From an uncultured Brevundimonas sp. (lineage in GTDB: Bacteria; Pseudomonadota; Alphaproteobacteria; Caulobacterales; Caulobacteraceae), in contig CBIHLR010000001.1 in NCBI GenBank assembly GCA_966210875.1, positions 1 to 44,394 on the forward strand: DNA of 44,394 nt, in the 5' to 3' direction. The notes below the pieces were generated by a model. The model was not told the origin of the DNA. It saw nothing but the letters and a program-made list of their open reading frames with translations, and did not search any database. Positions within the stretch are counted from its first letter, which is position 1, and every line of letters begins with the position of its first letter. The position numbers and the translations under genes were made by a program. Below, in pieces: positions 11,079 through 23,538 of the stretch.

Positions 11079-11435
11079 TCAGGCGGCGATCATGCGGTCG
11101 ACCTCGGCGACGAGGTCGCGGAGGTGGATGGGCTTGTTCAGGACCTTGGCCTGGGGCGAGGCCTGGGCCGCCGACAGGGCCACCGCGGCGAAGCCGGTGA
11201 TGAACATGATGCGCACGCCGGGCTGACGCTGGGCGGCGATGCGGGCGACCTCGATGCCGTCCGCGCCGGGCATGACGATGTCGGTGAGCAGCAGGTCGTA
11301 GGGCCCGGCGTCGAGCGCGTCGATGGCGTCGTCGCCGTTCTCGCACGAGATGACCGTGTGCCCGGCCTTTTCCAGCGCGCGGGCCAGGAAGCCGCGCAGA
11401 GAACCGTCGTCTTCGGCCAAAAGGATGTGCGCCAC
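11079..11435 (-). CDS. cpdR: single-domain response regulator CpdR (ClpXP adaptor)
   Basis: GTG start, 118 aa: AHILLAEDDGSLRGFLARALEKAGH...LLLTDIVMPGADGIE...MFITGFAAVAL...KPIHLRDLVAEVDRM. Lies between tRNA-Val and N-formylglutamate amidohydrolase. Confidence 0.92.
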   Translation of the reverse strand: MAHILLAEDDGSLRGFLARALEKAGHTVISCENGDDAIDALDAGPYDLLLTDIVMPGADGIEVARIAAQRQPGVRIMFITGFAAVALSAAQASPQAKVLNKPIHLRDLVAEVDRMIAA

Positions 11436-11492
11436 GCGACCTCGCCCCGTAAAGTCAGGGCCGAACCCTAACCCGGCGGGCGTAAATCGAGA

Positions 11493-12344
11493 ATGAAAAG
11501 CGGCGATACGCCAGGCCCGTTCCGCATCCGATGCGCAGAGCCCGCGGGGCCCGTGGTCTTCGCCGCGCCGCACGCCGGCCGCCAGATCCCTGAAGCCTTG
11601 GCCGAAATGGCGCGAGTGGACGAGCGCGCGTTGCGCAGCCTGGAGGATCCGCTGGTCGACCGGCTGATCGAGGACTGCGCGGTGACAGTGCTGAGTGGCC
11701 AGACGGCTCGCGCCTTCGTGGATGTGAACCGCGACCCCGCCGAACTCGACCCCCTCCTGATCGAGGGCGGCGACGGACGTTCAGCGCGGACGCGGGCCGG
11801 CCTGGGCGTGATCCCGCGCCTCACCGCGGCCGGCGAGCCGATTCATCGGCGCAGGCTGTCGATGGCCGAGGCTCAGACCTGGCTGGCGATCGGACACGCG
11901 TCCTATCATGCGGCGCTGGCGGATCTGATGCAGGCGGCGCGTCGGCGGCACGGCCGGGCGGTGCTGGTCGACTGGCATTCGATGCCGTCACAGGCGGCCG
12001 AGGCCGAGGCGCGGCGGAGCGGCCGGCGGCCCGACATCGTGCTCGGCGACCTGCACGGCCGGGCCTGCGATCCCGAGATCACGGTCAGGGTCCGGGCGGT
12101 GTTCGAGGCCCACGGGCGGACGGTGGCGCTCAACCGCCCCTATGCGGGCGGCTACGTGACCCAGACCTGGGCGCGGCCGAAGGAGGGCTTCCACGCGCTG
12201 CAGATCGAGATCGACCGGTCTCTGTATCTGGACGAGGAAACCCTGGAGCCCCACGCCGGCTTCGCGCCCCTCAAGGCGGAGGTCGAACGGATTGCGGAAG
12301 CTCTCATTGATCTGGCCGCGCCGCGCGCGGACGCCGCCGAATAA
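11493..12344 (+). CDS. N-formylglutamate amidohydrolase
   Basis: APHAG, ARAFVDVNR, GLGVIPR, LVDWHSMPS, DIVLGD, NRPYAGGY, HALQIEIDRSLYLDE. Confidence 0.9.
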   Translation: MKSGDTPGPFRIRCAEPAGPVVFAAPHAGRQIPEALAEMARVDERALRSLEDPLVDRLIEDCAVTVLSGQTARAFVDVNRDPAELDPLLIEGGDGRSARTRAGLGVIPRLTAAGEPIHRRRLSMAEAQTWLAIGHASYHAALADLMQAARRRHGRAVLVDWHSMPSQAAEAEARRSGRRPDIVLGDLHGRACDPEITVRVRAVFEAHGRTVALNRPYAGGYVTQTWARPKEGFHALQIEIDRSLYLDEETLEPHAGFAPLKAEVERIAEALIDLAAPRADAAE

Positions 12345-12405
12345 AAAAAGCCGCGCCCGAGAGCGCGGCTGAAAGTCATTTGGGAGGAAACGCCCAATCA
12401 GGGCG
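12343..12405 (-). ncRNA. mmgR: SuhB/MmgR (alpha-r8)-family small RNA
   Basis: Minus strand CGCCCtgattGGGCG hairpin, TTTCCTCCC anti-Shine-Dalgarno motif, then terminator AGCCGCGCtctcgGGCGCGGCT-TTTTTT. Convergent with N-formylglutamate amidohydrolase, the usual synteny of this family. Confidence 0.8.
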
Positions 12406-12410
12406 AGGCC

Positions 12411-12438
12411 AGAATACGCCGCACCGCACAACGCGCAA
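12411..12438 (-). promoter_or_regulatory. sigma-70 promoter of the sRNA with a TGC-rich (PhaR/AniA-like) spacer
   Basis: Minus strand TTGCGC-gttgtgcggtgcggcg-TATTCT. Confidence 0.55.
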
Positions 12439-12463
12439 GCAATTTTTTCGCAAGTGCGAAATG

Positions 12464-13165
12464 TCAGATGCCGAGCAGCTTGCGAGCGCGATGGATGCCC
12501 TGAGAGGCGGGCGAGCGCATCTGCCGCCACGCGAGCAGCGCCACGGCCGCAAGCGCGCCGAGCGCCAGAAACAGCGGACTGACCAGCCAGGCTCCTGCCG
12601 CAAGCGCGAAGTAATAGGCTCGCACTCCGCGATTGAACCCCGCGACAGCCGGATTGAGCACTTCGGTCGCCGCGTCTGCGTAATCCCGATTGCGGCTCGG
12701 GTCCGCCTCGGCGTCCGGCGCGGCCCCGATCAGGGCGACTGGGTAGTTCAGCTGGCGGATGGCCCAGATGAAGTCGAGCATGCCGCGCGACAGGCAGACG
12801 ACGATCAGGGCCAGCTTGGCCTCCAAGACCCGGGCGGGCGCCTCGATGACCACGCCGGCGACCGTCTGCAGGGCGCCTTCGCCTCCGAAAAGCACCCCGC
12901 CGACCGCCGCGATCAGGATCAGGTTGGCCGAGGCGAAGAAGGAGGCCGAGTTGATGGTGTGGCCGAGCAGCTGGCCGTCGACGATGCGGCTTTCGCGCGC
13001 GCACATGGCGCGCATCCAGGCCAGGCGCACCGCATCCATGTCGAGATTGAGGACGCCGCCCCGCGCCAGCATGCGCAGGAACGGGCCGTAGCCCAGCCAG
13101 CAGGCGAGGAAGATCGCCAGGGCCGCGGCGTCGAACCAGGACAGGCCGAAGGTCCAGTCGTTCAT
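12464..13165 (-). CDS. DUF599 family membrane protein
   Basis: RLAWMRAMCARESRIVDGQLLG, SASFFASA, FIWAIRQLNY, FNRGVRAYYF; four hydrophobic segments. Confidence 0.8.
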   Translation of the reverse strand: MNDWTFGLSWFDAAALAIFLACWLGYGPFLRMLARGGVLNLDMDAVRLAWMRAMCARESRIVDGQLLGHTINSASFFASANLILIAAVGGVLFGGEGALQTVAGVVIEAPARVLEAKLALIVVCLSRGMLDFIWAIRQLNYPVALIGAAPDAEADPSRNRDYADAATEVLNPAVAGFNRGVRAYYFALAAGAWLVSPLFLALGALAAVALLAWRQMRSPASQGIHRARKLLGI

Positions 13166-15027
13166 CGGGCCGCCTCCTCGCGGGCGTCGTCCTCCTCCAG
13201 CACCACGGCGGTCTCCTGGTTGAGCGGCTGGGCCTCGCGCTTCGGAGGGATGTAGGGCTCCGGCTCCGGCGTGACCATGTTGCCGCGCATCAGGGAGCGG
13301 CCGGCCGTGAGGCCTCCGGTCAGCTGGGCCTCAAAGCGCTGCTCGTCACGCCGGCGGACATCGGCGATCGTCTCCTCGACCTCCTCGTCGGTGGCTCCGA
13401 GGTCGGCCAGGACCCGACCCCCGAAGCGCAGGGCGGATTCGAAGGTTTCGCGCAGCTCGTAGTCGACCCCGGCCTTCACCAGCCTGAGGGAATGGCCGCG
13501 ATCAAAGGCGCGGACGTAGAGGCGAGCCAGCGGGAACTCCGACCGCGCCAGTTCGACGATGCGATCCGCCACGTCCGGCTTGTCGACGCAGACCAGGATC
13601 GCCTCGGCCGTCGCGGCCCCGGAGGCGTGCAGCACATCGAGCCGCGAGCCGTCTCCGTAATAGACCTTGAAGCCGAAGTTGCCGGCCGCCTGGATCATCT
13701 CGACGTCTCGGTCGATGATCGAGACGTCGACATTGCGAGCCAGGAGCGCCTGGGACACGACCTGAGCGAAGCGGCCGAAGCCGATGATCAGCGCGCGTTC
13801 CGTCAGGCCTTCGGCACGGTCGACCCCGTCCAGGTCGTCGATGGAGACGGGCTTTTCGCGCAGCAGGAAGCGCGTCACGAACAGGGTCACCAGCGGCGTC
13901 AGCGCCATCGAGAGGATGACGACCGCCGTCATCATGGCGCTGACGCGCGGGTCGAAGATCCCGACGGCCAGAGCGGCGCCATAGAGGACGAAGGCGAACT
14001 CTCCCCCCTGTGCGAACAGGGCCGCGCGTTCCAGCGCCTCGGTGTGGCCGGCGCGGAACAGCCGAGCGACCGCATAGATGGCGACCGACTTCACCGCCAT
14101 GAAGCCGACGACCCACAGCAGGATCTGCTGCCAGGCGCCGAGGACGACGGACACGTCCAGCGACATGCCTACGCTGAGGAAGAACAGGCCGAGCAGGATG
14201 CCGCGGAAGGGTTCGACGTCGGCCTCGAGCTGGTGGCGGAAGGTCGAGTCCGACAGCAGCACGCCGGCCAGGAAGGCTCCCATGGCCATGGACAGGCCGC
14301 CGAGGTCCATGACCCAGGCCGCTCCGAGAACGACCAGCAGGCCTGCGGCAGTCATCACCTCACGCGCGCCGGAGTTGGCGAGGATGCGGAACAGCGGATT
14401 GAGGAGGTAGCGGCCGGCCAGGACGACAGCGACGATCACCCCGAGCCCCATGCCGATCGTCTGCCAGAGCGGGCGCGACGCCTCGGCTTCGGCCGTCCCG
14501 TACGCCGCGCCAAGGAAGGCGACGAGGGCCAACAGAGGCACGATCGCGAGATCTTCGAGCAGCAGGATCGATACGGCGCGCTGGCCCTGCGGCTCCAGCC
14601 GTTCGCCGCGTTCGTCGAGCATTTGCATGATGACGGCTGTGGACGACAGTACGAAGCCCGCGCCTCCGATCACGGCGACCACCGGGGGCAGGCCGAGCAC
14701 CACGCCCAACAGCGTCAGCAGGCCGGTGGCCGTCGCCACCTGGGCCAGGCCCAAGCCGAAGATCTCCTTGCGCAGACTCCAGAGCTTCTTCGGCCGCATC
14801 TCCAGGCCGATGAGGAACAGCAGCATCACCACGCCGAGTTCGGCGGTGTGCAGGATGGCCTCGGGATCGGTGAACAGTCTGAGGCCAAACGGACCTATCA
14901 GCAGGCCGGCGGCCAGATAGCCCAGCACCGAGCCAAGCCCGAGTTTGCGGAAGATGGGCACGGCCACGACCGCGGTGGCCAGAAGCGCCACCACCTGGCC
15001 CAGCTCCGTCCCGCTCGCCTCAGCCAT
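13162..15027 (-). CDS. CPA2 family K+/H+ antiporter (KefC/KefB-type) with KTN domain
   Basis: Start MAEASGTELGQ. GLGSVLGYLAAG, ELGVVMLLFLIGLE, regulatory loop RHQLEADVEPFRG, QGGEFAF, KTN motifs IIGFGRF and YYGDGSR. Confidence 0.9.
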   Translation of the reverse strand: MAEASGTELGQVVALLATAVVAVPIFRKLGLGSVLGYLAAGLLIGPFGLRLFTDPEAILHTAELGVVMLLFLIGLEMRPKKLWSLRKEIFGLGLAQVATATGLLTLLGVVLGLPPVVAVIGGAGFVLSSTAVIMQMLDERGERLEPQGQRAVSILLLEDLAIVPLLALVAFLGAAYGTAEAEASRPLWQTIGMGLGVIVAVVLAGRYLLNPLFRILANSGAREVMTAAGLLVVLGAAWVMDLGGLSMAMGAFLAGVLLSDSTFRHQLEADVEPFRGILLGLFFLSVGMSLDVSVVLGAWQQILLWVVGFMAVKSVAIYAVARLFRAGHTEALERAALFAQGGEFAFVLYGAALAVGIFDPRVSAMMTAVVILSMALTPLVTLFVTRFLLREKPVSIDDLDGVDRAEGLTERALIIGFGRFAQVVSQALLARNVDVSIIDRDVEMIQAAGNFGFKVYYGDGSRLDVLHASGAATAEAILVCVDKPDVADRIVELARSEFPLARLYVRAFDRGHSLRLVKAGVDYELRETFESALRFGGRVLADLGATDEEVEETIADVRRRDEQRFEAQLTGGLTAGRSLMRGNMVTPEPEPYIPPKREAQPLNQETAVVLEEDDAREEAAR

Positions 15028-15151
15028 CCGCGCCCCCTGCCCTGCCCGCAGATATAGGCGGGGATTCCTTACGGCGCGAGGCGGCGGCGGGCGCGCGTCT
15101 GGACAGGCCTCTGTCCGCCGCTCAGACTGGCCGCCCACGGAGAGCGACCTC

Positions 15152-15517
15152 ATGGCTGTGACCGGCATCGGCGGCTTCTTTTTCAGGTCGAAGGACCCCA
15201 AGGCGTTGGCCGAGTGGTACTTGACCCACCTGGGGGTCGGCGCGCCCGAGGGCGTCTATCTCTGGCCGCAGGAGGCCGGTCCGACCGTCTTCGCCCCCTT
15301 CAAGGCGGACAGCGACTATTTCGCCGCCGACAAGAGCTGGATGCTGAACCTGCGGGTGGACGATCTCGATGGCCTTCTGGCCCAGCTGCGCGCCGCGGGC
15401 ATCGAGATCATCACCAAGGCCGAATGGGACGCCACACCCGAGATCGGCCGCTTCGCCCGCATCCACGACCCGGAAGGCAATCCGATCGAGCTGTGGCAGC
15501 CGCCGGCCGGCGCCTGA
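15152..15517 (+). CDS. VOC/glyoxalase family protein
   Basis: MAVTGIGGFFFRSKDP, MLNLRVDDLD, GRFARIHDPEGNPIELWQP; RBS GGAG. Confidence 0.88.
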   Translation: MAVTGIGGFFFRSKDPKALAEWYLTHLGVGAPEGVYLWPQEAGPTVFAPFKADSDYFAADKSWMLNLRVDDLDGLLAQLRAAGIEIITKAEWDATPEIGRFARIHDPEGNPIELWQPPAGA

Positions 15518-15532
15518 GCCGCCGCCCCATCT

Positions 15533-15634
15533 CGTTATCCCGGCCGGAACACAGCGCGTAGGGCCGGGACCTAAACGCAGGCGTCGACACCCAGCTTGGG
15601 CCCCGGATCACGGCTCCGCCGTGTCCGGGTGACG
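15533..15634. repeat. REP-like intergenic palindromic element
   Basis: cGTTATCCCGGCC...GGCCGGGACC and CCCGGAtcacgg...ccgtgTCCGGGTGACG: two hairpins with complementary outer ends, the GTCATCCCG...CCGGGATGAC type seen in alphaproteobacteria. Confidence 0.65.
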
Positions 15635-15725
15635 GCGAGCGTCGCTGCGAAGTCCCCCTTCGATGCGGGAGTTGGCGCGGCTCGGCGGGGGCGCTAGCGT
15701 GCGCTCCTGGTTTGGAGGGGACGGA

Positions 15726-17534
<1,809 letters not shown>

Positions 17535-17600
17535 GAGCCTTTCTGCGATAACCACGTTTGGGTCTGCTCAGGGGGAGCCTTCGGCTGAGAGGAGCTCCGA

Positions 17601-18224
17601 ATGCGCAGACTCATCACCACCCTGGCGGCCGGCGCCGCCTTCATCGGCTTGGCGGGCCCCGCCGCGGCCACCACGTCTTCGACGGCGACCACGGCCTCAT
17701 CGAGCGCCGTCGCGACCCAGTACCGGGGCGACTGCTACCGCGGTGAAAGCTTCAGCGAGTGCCGCCGCCGCATCCAGCAGCAGCAGAACCGCTATGAGTA
17801 CGAGCGGTACGAACGCTATGACCCGTACCGCTACGGCTATGACAACCGGTACCAGTACAATCCCTACAACTATGGCCAGTACGATAACCGGTATAACAAC
17901 CGGTATGACTACAACCGCTATGGCCAGTACGACTACAACCGGTACGGCTACGACTATGGGCGGCACTACAACAACTACGGAAACAGCTACGGCTATGGCA
18001 GCGGCTATGGCGTGGACGCCGGCACGGCGCTGGCGCTGACCATCCTGGGATCGGCGCTGGGCGTGGACATCATGGGCACGGTGGACGACCGGGATTACTA
18101 CAACCGGTACCGCTACGACGATAACTGGCGCCGGTGGTGCTCGGATCGATACCGGTCCTTCGACTGGCGCTCGGGCACCTATCTGCACAACGACGGCTAT
18201 CGTCGCTACTGCCGGATGTATTGA
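17601..18224 (+). CDS. secreted BA14K-family protein with Tyr/Asn/Asp/Gly-rich repeats
   Basis: Signal peptide; C-terminal WCSDRYRSFDWRSGTYLHNDGYRRYC (BA14K pattern); central YDNR/YDYNRYG repeats. Confidence 0.8.
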   Translation: MRRLITTLAAGAAFIGLAGPAAATTSSTATTASSSAVATQYRGDCYRGESFSECRRRIQQQQNRYEYERYERYDPYRYGYDNRYQYNPYNYGQYDNRYNNRYDYNRYGQYDYNRYGYDYGRHYNNYGNSYGYGSGYGVDAGTALALTILGSALGVDIMGTVDDRDYYNRYRYDDNWRRWCSDRYRSFDWRSGTYLHNDGYRRYCRMY

Positions 18225-18293
18225 CGGCAAGGGACGGGAGGCCGCCCCTTTTCCGATCGGCCATGACGGACGCCTGAACTTCAGGAGCCCGTC

Positions 18294-18761
18294 ATGGACT
18301 TTCGCATCACCGGCCTGTCACCGCAGCTGTTTCGCCCGCTCTACGGGCTGAGCGACAATGAGCTCGACGAACGCGGCGTCGAGAGGGTTCGGGTGACCCA
18401 GCCTCATGCCGCGCCGTGCCGGATCGGGCTGGACGACATAGCGCCGGGGGGCTGGGCCTTGCTGCTCAACTACGAGCACCAGCCGGCCGACACGCCCTAC
18501 CGCAGCCGGCACGCCATCTTCGTGGAGGAAGGCGCCGAGGCGGTCTTCGATCGTATCGGAGAAATTCCACCGGCGCTGGGCCGTCGCACCCTGTCGGTGA
18601 GAGCCTTCGACAGCGGCCACCGGATGATCGACGCAGATCTCGTCGAGGGCGCCGAGGCGGACCGCCTGCTGAGGGCCATGCTGGCGCGGGACGCGACGGC
18701 GTACATCCACATCCACTATGCCCGGCGCGGCTGTTTCGCGGCCCGGGCCGAGCGGTGTTGA
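18294..18761 (+). CDS. DUF1203 family protein
   Basis: PCRIGL, LLLNYEHQPADTPYRSRHAIFV, LSVRAFD, YIHIHYARRGCFAA. Confidence 0.85.
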   Translation: MDFRITGLSPQLFRPLYGLSDNELDERGVERVRVTQPHAAPCRIGLDDIAPGGWALLLNYEHQPADTPYRSRHAIFVEEGAEAVFDRIGEIPPALGRRTLSVRAFDSGHRMIDADLVEGAEADRLLRAMLARDATAYIHIHYARRGCFAARAERC

Positions 18762-18805
18762 CTCCTGCCGGCTTCGGCTCAATAGTTTAGTCGATGCTAC
18801 AGTAT
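18758..18805 (+). promoter_or_regulatory. promoter plus imperfect palindromic ArsR operator overlapping the start codon
   Basis: TTGACT at 18758; ATAGTTTAG-tcgATG-CTACAGTAT (18782-18805) centred on the ArsR ATG; no RBS, so probably leaderless. Confidence 0.5.
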
Positions 18806-19138
18806 CAGCCCGCAGAGCTCGACCGCGCCTTCCAGGCCCTGTCCGATCCCGGACGCCGGGCCATGGTCGAGCGCCTGAGCCTGGGGCCGGCGTCCGTCAG
18901 CGAACTGGCCAGACCGTTGCCCATGACGCTGTCGGCGGTGGTCCAGCATCTCAAGATCCTGGAGGAGGCCGGCCTGGTGAGCAGCCAGAAGGTCGGCCGG
19001 GTGCGCACCTGCTCGCTGGACATCGGCGCCATGACCCAGGTCGAGCGCTGGATCGCCGAGCGCAAGCGCTTCTGGGAGCAGCAGTACGACCAGCTCGAGG
19101 CCTACCTGGCCGAGACCGCTCCCGAGGAGGACAGATGA
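18794..19138 (+). CDS. ArsR/SmtB family transcriptional regulator
   Basis: FQALSDPGRRAMVERL, SVSELA, VVQHLKILEEAGLV, KVGRVRTC. Confidence 0.9.
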   Translation: MLQYQPAELDRAFQALSDPGRRAMVERLSLGPASVSELARPLPMTLSAVVQHLKILEEAGLVSSQKVGRVRTCSLDIGAMTQVERWIAERKRFWEQQYDQLEAYLAETAPEEDR

Positions 19139-19608
19139 CCGCCACCAACGCCATGTTCACCATCGAGCGGGTGCTGAACGCCTCGCCGGCCCGGGTCTTC
19201 GCCGCCTACAGCAGCCTCGAGGCCAAGAGCGCCTGGTTCAAGGCGCCGACGGAGTTCGAGACGCTGGACCGCGACTTCGACTTCCGGGTCGGTGGGATGG
19301 AGCGGTTTCGCGCCCGCTGGCCCAGCGGCCTGATCTCGGACTTTCAGGCGACCTATCACGACATCGCCGAGAACGAGCGGATCATCCTCGTCTACGACCT
19401 CTTTCACGACGAGACGAAGCTGTCCGTGTCACTGATGACGGTGGAGTTCCGGGCCGAGGGCGACCGGACGCGGCTGCTTCACACCGAACAGGGGACCTAT
19501 CTCAGCGGCGGGGTCGAGGCGGTGAAGGGCCGCGAACACGGGACCGCCTGGCACATCGACAACCTGGTGGCGCTCGTCGAGGGCCGCGAACCGAAGGCCT
19601 TCGCATGA
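19135..19608 (+). CDS. SRPBCC/AHSA1 domain protein
   Basis: ATGA overlap with arsR; FTIERVLNASPARVF, DFRVGG, YHDIAENERII, TRLLHTEQG. Confidence 0.88.
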   Translation: MTATNAMFTIERVLNASPARVFAAYSSLEAKSAWFKAPTEFETLDRDFDFRVGGMERFRARWPSGLISDFQATYHDIAENERIILVYDLFHDETKLSVSLMTVEFRAEGDRTRLLHTEQGTYLSGGVEAVKGREHGTAWHIDNLVALVEGREPKAFA

Positions 19609-20258
19609 CCATCGAGCTGTTCGCCCACCCCTTCTCGTCCTACTGCCAGAAGGCGCTGATCGCCTTCTACGAGAACGGCATCCCCTTCGAGTTCCGAATG
19701 CTGGAGGACCCCGGCGTCGGCGAGGAATTCGCCACCCTGTGGCCGATCAAGCGCTTCCCGATCCTGCGCGAGGACGGCCGGGTGGTGATGGAGGCCAGCG
19801 TCATCATCGAATACCTGCAGGTACGTCATCCGGGGCCGGTCCGGCTGATCCCTGACGACCCGGACCTGGCGCTGCAGGCGCGCATGCTCGACCGGGTCTT
19901 CGACAACTACGTCATGACGCCCCAGGGCAAGTTCGTCTTCGACGCCCTGCGCCCCGAGGGCGCCCGTGATCCGCATGGCGTCGAGGAGGCGCGCAGGATG
20001 CTGGACACGACCTACGCCTGGCTGGACCAACATCTGGAGGGTCGCACCTGGGCCGCCGGCGAGACCTTCACCCTGGCCGACTGCGCCGCGGCCCCTTCGC
20101 TGTTCTACGCCGACTGGACGCACCGGATTCCGGAACGGCATCGCAATCTGACCGCCTATCGCGCCCGGCTGCTGGAGCGGCCGTCCTTCGCCCGCGCCGT
20201 CGATGAGGCGCGCAGGTTCCGCCACTACTTCCCGCTGGGCGCGCCGGACCGCGACTAG
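19605..20258 (+). CDS. glutathione S-transferase family protein
   Basis: HPFSSYCQK, WPIKRFPIL, EASVIIEYL, FTLADCAAAPSLFYA; ATGA overlap. Confidence 0.9.
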   Translation: MTIELFAHPFSSYCQKALIAFYENGIPFEFRMLEDPGVGEEFATLWPIKRFPILREDGRVVMEASVIIEYLQVRHPGPVRLIPDDPDLALQARMLDRVFDNYVMTPQGKFVFDALRPEGARDPHGVEEARRMLDTTYAWLDQHLEGRTWAAGETFTLADCAAAPSLFYADWTHRIPERHRNLTAYRARLLERPSFARAVDEARRFRHYFPLGAPDRD

Positions 20259-20264
20259 GCCGGT

Positions 20265-20906
20265 TCAGCGCGTCCCGAACAGCCGGTCTCCGGCATCGCC
20301 CAGCCCCGGCACAATGTAGCCGTGGTCGTTCAGGCGTTCGTCGATGGCGGCGGTCCAGACCGGCACGTCGGGGTGATAGGCCATGATGCGCTCTAGGCCC
20401 TCGGGCGAGGCGACCAGGCAGACCATGCGCAGCTGGGTGACGCCGCGCTCCTTCAGGCGTTCCAGGGCCGCGACGGCGGTGTTGGCGGTGGCGAGCATGG
20501 GATCGATGACGATGACCAGCCGGTCGGCGATGTCCTCGGGCGCCTTGAAGTAGTACTCGACCGCGACCAGCGTCTCCGGATCGCGATAGAGCCCTATGTG
20601 GGCGACGCGGGCGGCCGGGATCAGGTCGAGCATCCCTTCCAGCAGGCCGACGCCGGCGCGCAGGATGGGGGCCAGCACCAGCTTCTTGCCGGCCAGCCGG
20701 TGGGCGGTCGTGGGGCCCACCGGCGTCTCGATGTCGTCGGGCTCCAGCGGCAGGTCGCGGGTCACCTCGTAACAGAGCAGGGTCGAGATCTCGCGCAGCA
20801 GCCGCCGGAATTGTGCGGTCGAGGTCTCCTTCTTCCGCATCAGGCCGAGCTTGTGCTGGACCAGGGGGTGGTCGACCACCGTCACGCCGTCCATTGTCGT
20901 CTCCAT
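20265..20906 (-). CDS. upp: uracil phosphoribosyltransferase
   Basis: [46 protein letters not shown]. Confidence 0.96.
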   Translation of the reverse strand: METTMDGVTVVDHPLVQHKLGLMRKKETSTAQFRRLLREISTLLCYEVTRDLPLEPDDIETPVGPTTAHRLAGKKLVLAPILRAGVGLLEGMLDLIPAARVAHIGLYRDPETLVAVEYYFKAPEDIADRLVIVIDPMLATANTAVAALERLKERGVTQLRMVCLVASPEGLERIMAYHPDVPVWTAAIDERLNDHGYIVPGLGDAGDRLFGTR

Positions 20907-22124
20907 CAGAACACCGTGCCGTCGGAAATGATCTTCAGCGGCGGGCCGCCGCCCTCACGCAGCCGCGCCGCCACGCGCCGCCCGGCCGCCCAGGTGCCGC
21001 CCTCGAGCACGCTGGCCAGCGGCATCTGCTCCGCGGTCACGCCGAGCTCGGCGCGAACCAGGGGCGCGATGCGGTCCAGCAGGGCGACGGTCATCGACCG
21101 CCAGCCGACCACCAGCGGGTCAGAGACTGGCCACTCCCGCGCGGCGTACGCGGGGTCTTTCAGCGCCAGCACCTCCATGTCCATGAACAGGCCGCCGTTG
21201 CGGTATTCGGCCAGGCCCGTGAGACCGTCGAGGTCGACCACCTCCAGCCCCGCCGCCTGCAGCGGCTCGACCAGCGAATAGCTGAGCCACTGGCTGAGCT
21301 TGTGGATGGGCACCAGGCCGTCGGTGGCGTCATCGCGCTTCATCGCCGGGTGCCGCCAGGTGTCGCCGAGGTCGACGCCGCCGAGCGTCAGCCGGTCCTG
21401 CCAGACTGGGCCCAGCGCCTCGAGCAGCACCTCAAGGATGACCGGCGCCGGAAGGCGACCGTCGACGGCGCGCGCCTTCATGGCGTCGTAGAGGCCGCCC
21501 GGCCGCGGCGTGTCGACGAGCGCAAACAGATCCGGCCGCGCCGCGACTTGGGCGCCCAGCCGGCGCAACAGGGCCGCCCTACCCTCCAGCCCCGCAAGCG
21601 GATTGTCGCCCGAGACCTGGAAGCCGTCGGCCAGTCCCTCGGCCGTCAGTCCCTGGAGCCCCGCGGCCGTCGCCTTCAGTCCGCCCTCCGGTCCCGCGAA
21701 GGCGCCCGCCTGAAACATCCGCAGGGACGCCAGCGCCAGGCCTTCCGACCTCGCCGCCTCGATACCTGTCGCTTCATCGCGATAGCGCCAACCGGGCCCA
21801 GATCCCGCGTCCAGCAGCACCGAGACGATCGCCAGGTCAAAGGCGGTGCGCGCCCGCGCATCCGCGCTTTCGCCCGCCGCCCCGGCCAGCTCGACCCAGA
21901 GATCCCGCCCGCCCAAGACGAAGTGCCGCCAGCGGGCGTGGAAGGGCACCTTCAGGTCCGGATACTGGTCGCGGATGACCTCGGCCACGAAGGCCGCGGT
22001 CTCCGGCAACCGGTCGAGATCGACGCGCCAGTGGTCCAGGCCTCCGGAAAGGCCGATCTCCAGCATTTCGTGCGCCCGCTCGCGAACGGCGGCGGCGCTC
22101 AGCAGGCGGCGGGCCGCCGCTTCC

Positions 22125-22138
<14 letters not shown>
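20906..22138 (-). CDS. URC4/Urg3 family protein (DUF1688)
   Basis: [65 protein letters not shown]. Confidence 0.9.
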
Positions 22139-23381
<1,243 letters not shown>

Positions 23382-23538
23382 GCGTACGCGAGTCCCCGAC
23401 GGAACCGGTCAGTCAGACACCATCCGCGGCCGCTGGCAAGCGGCTGATGCGCAAGGCCGTGGAACTTCGTTACTTTGGGCTGGCGTTCGGGGACGAACAG
23501 GGTAAAGAAGGCCGCGTGTACGGTACCGGTCTATTGTC

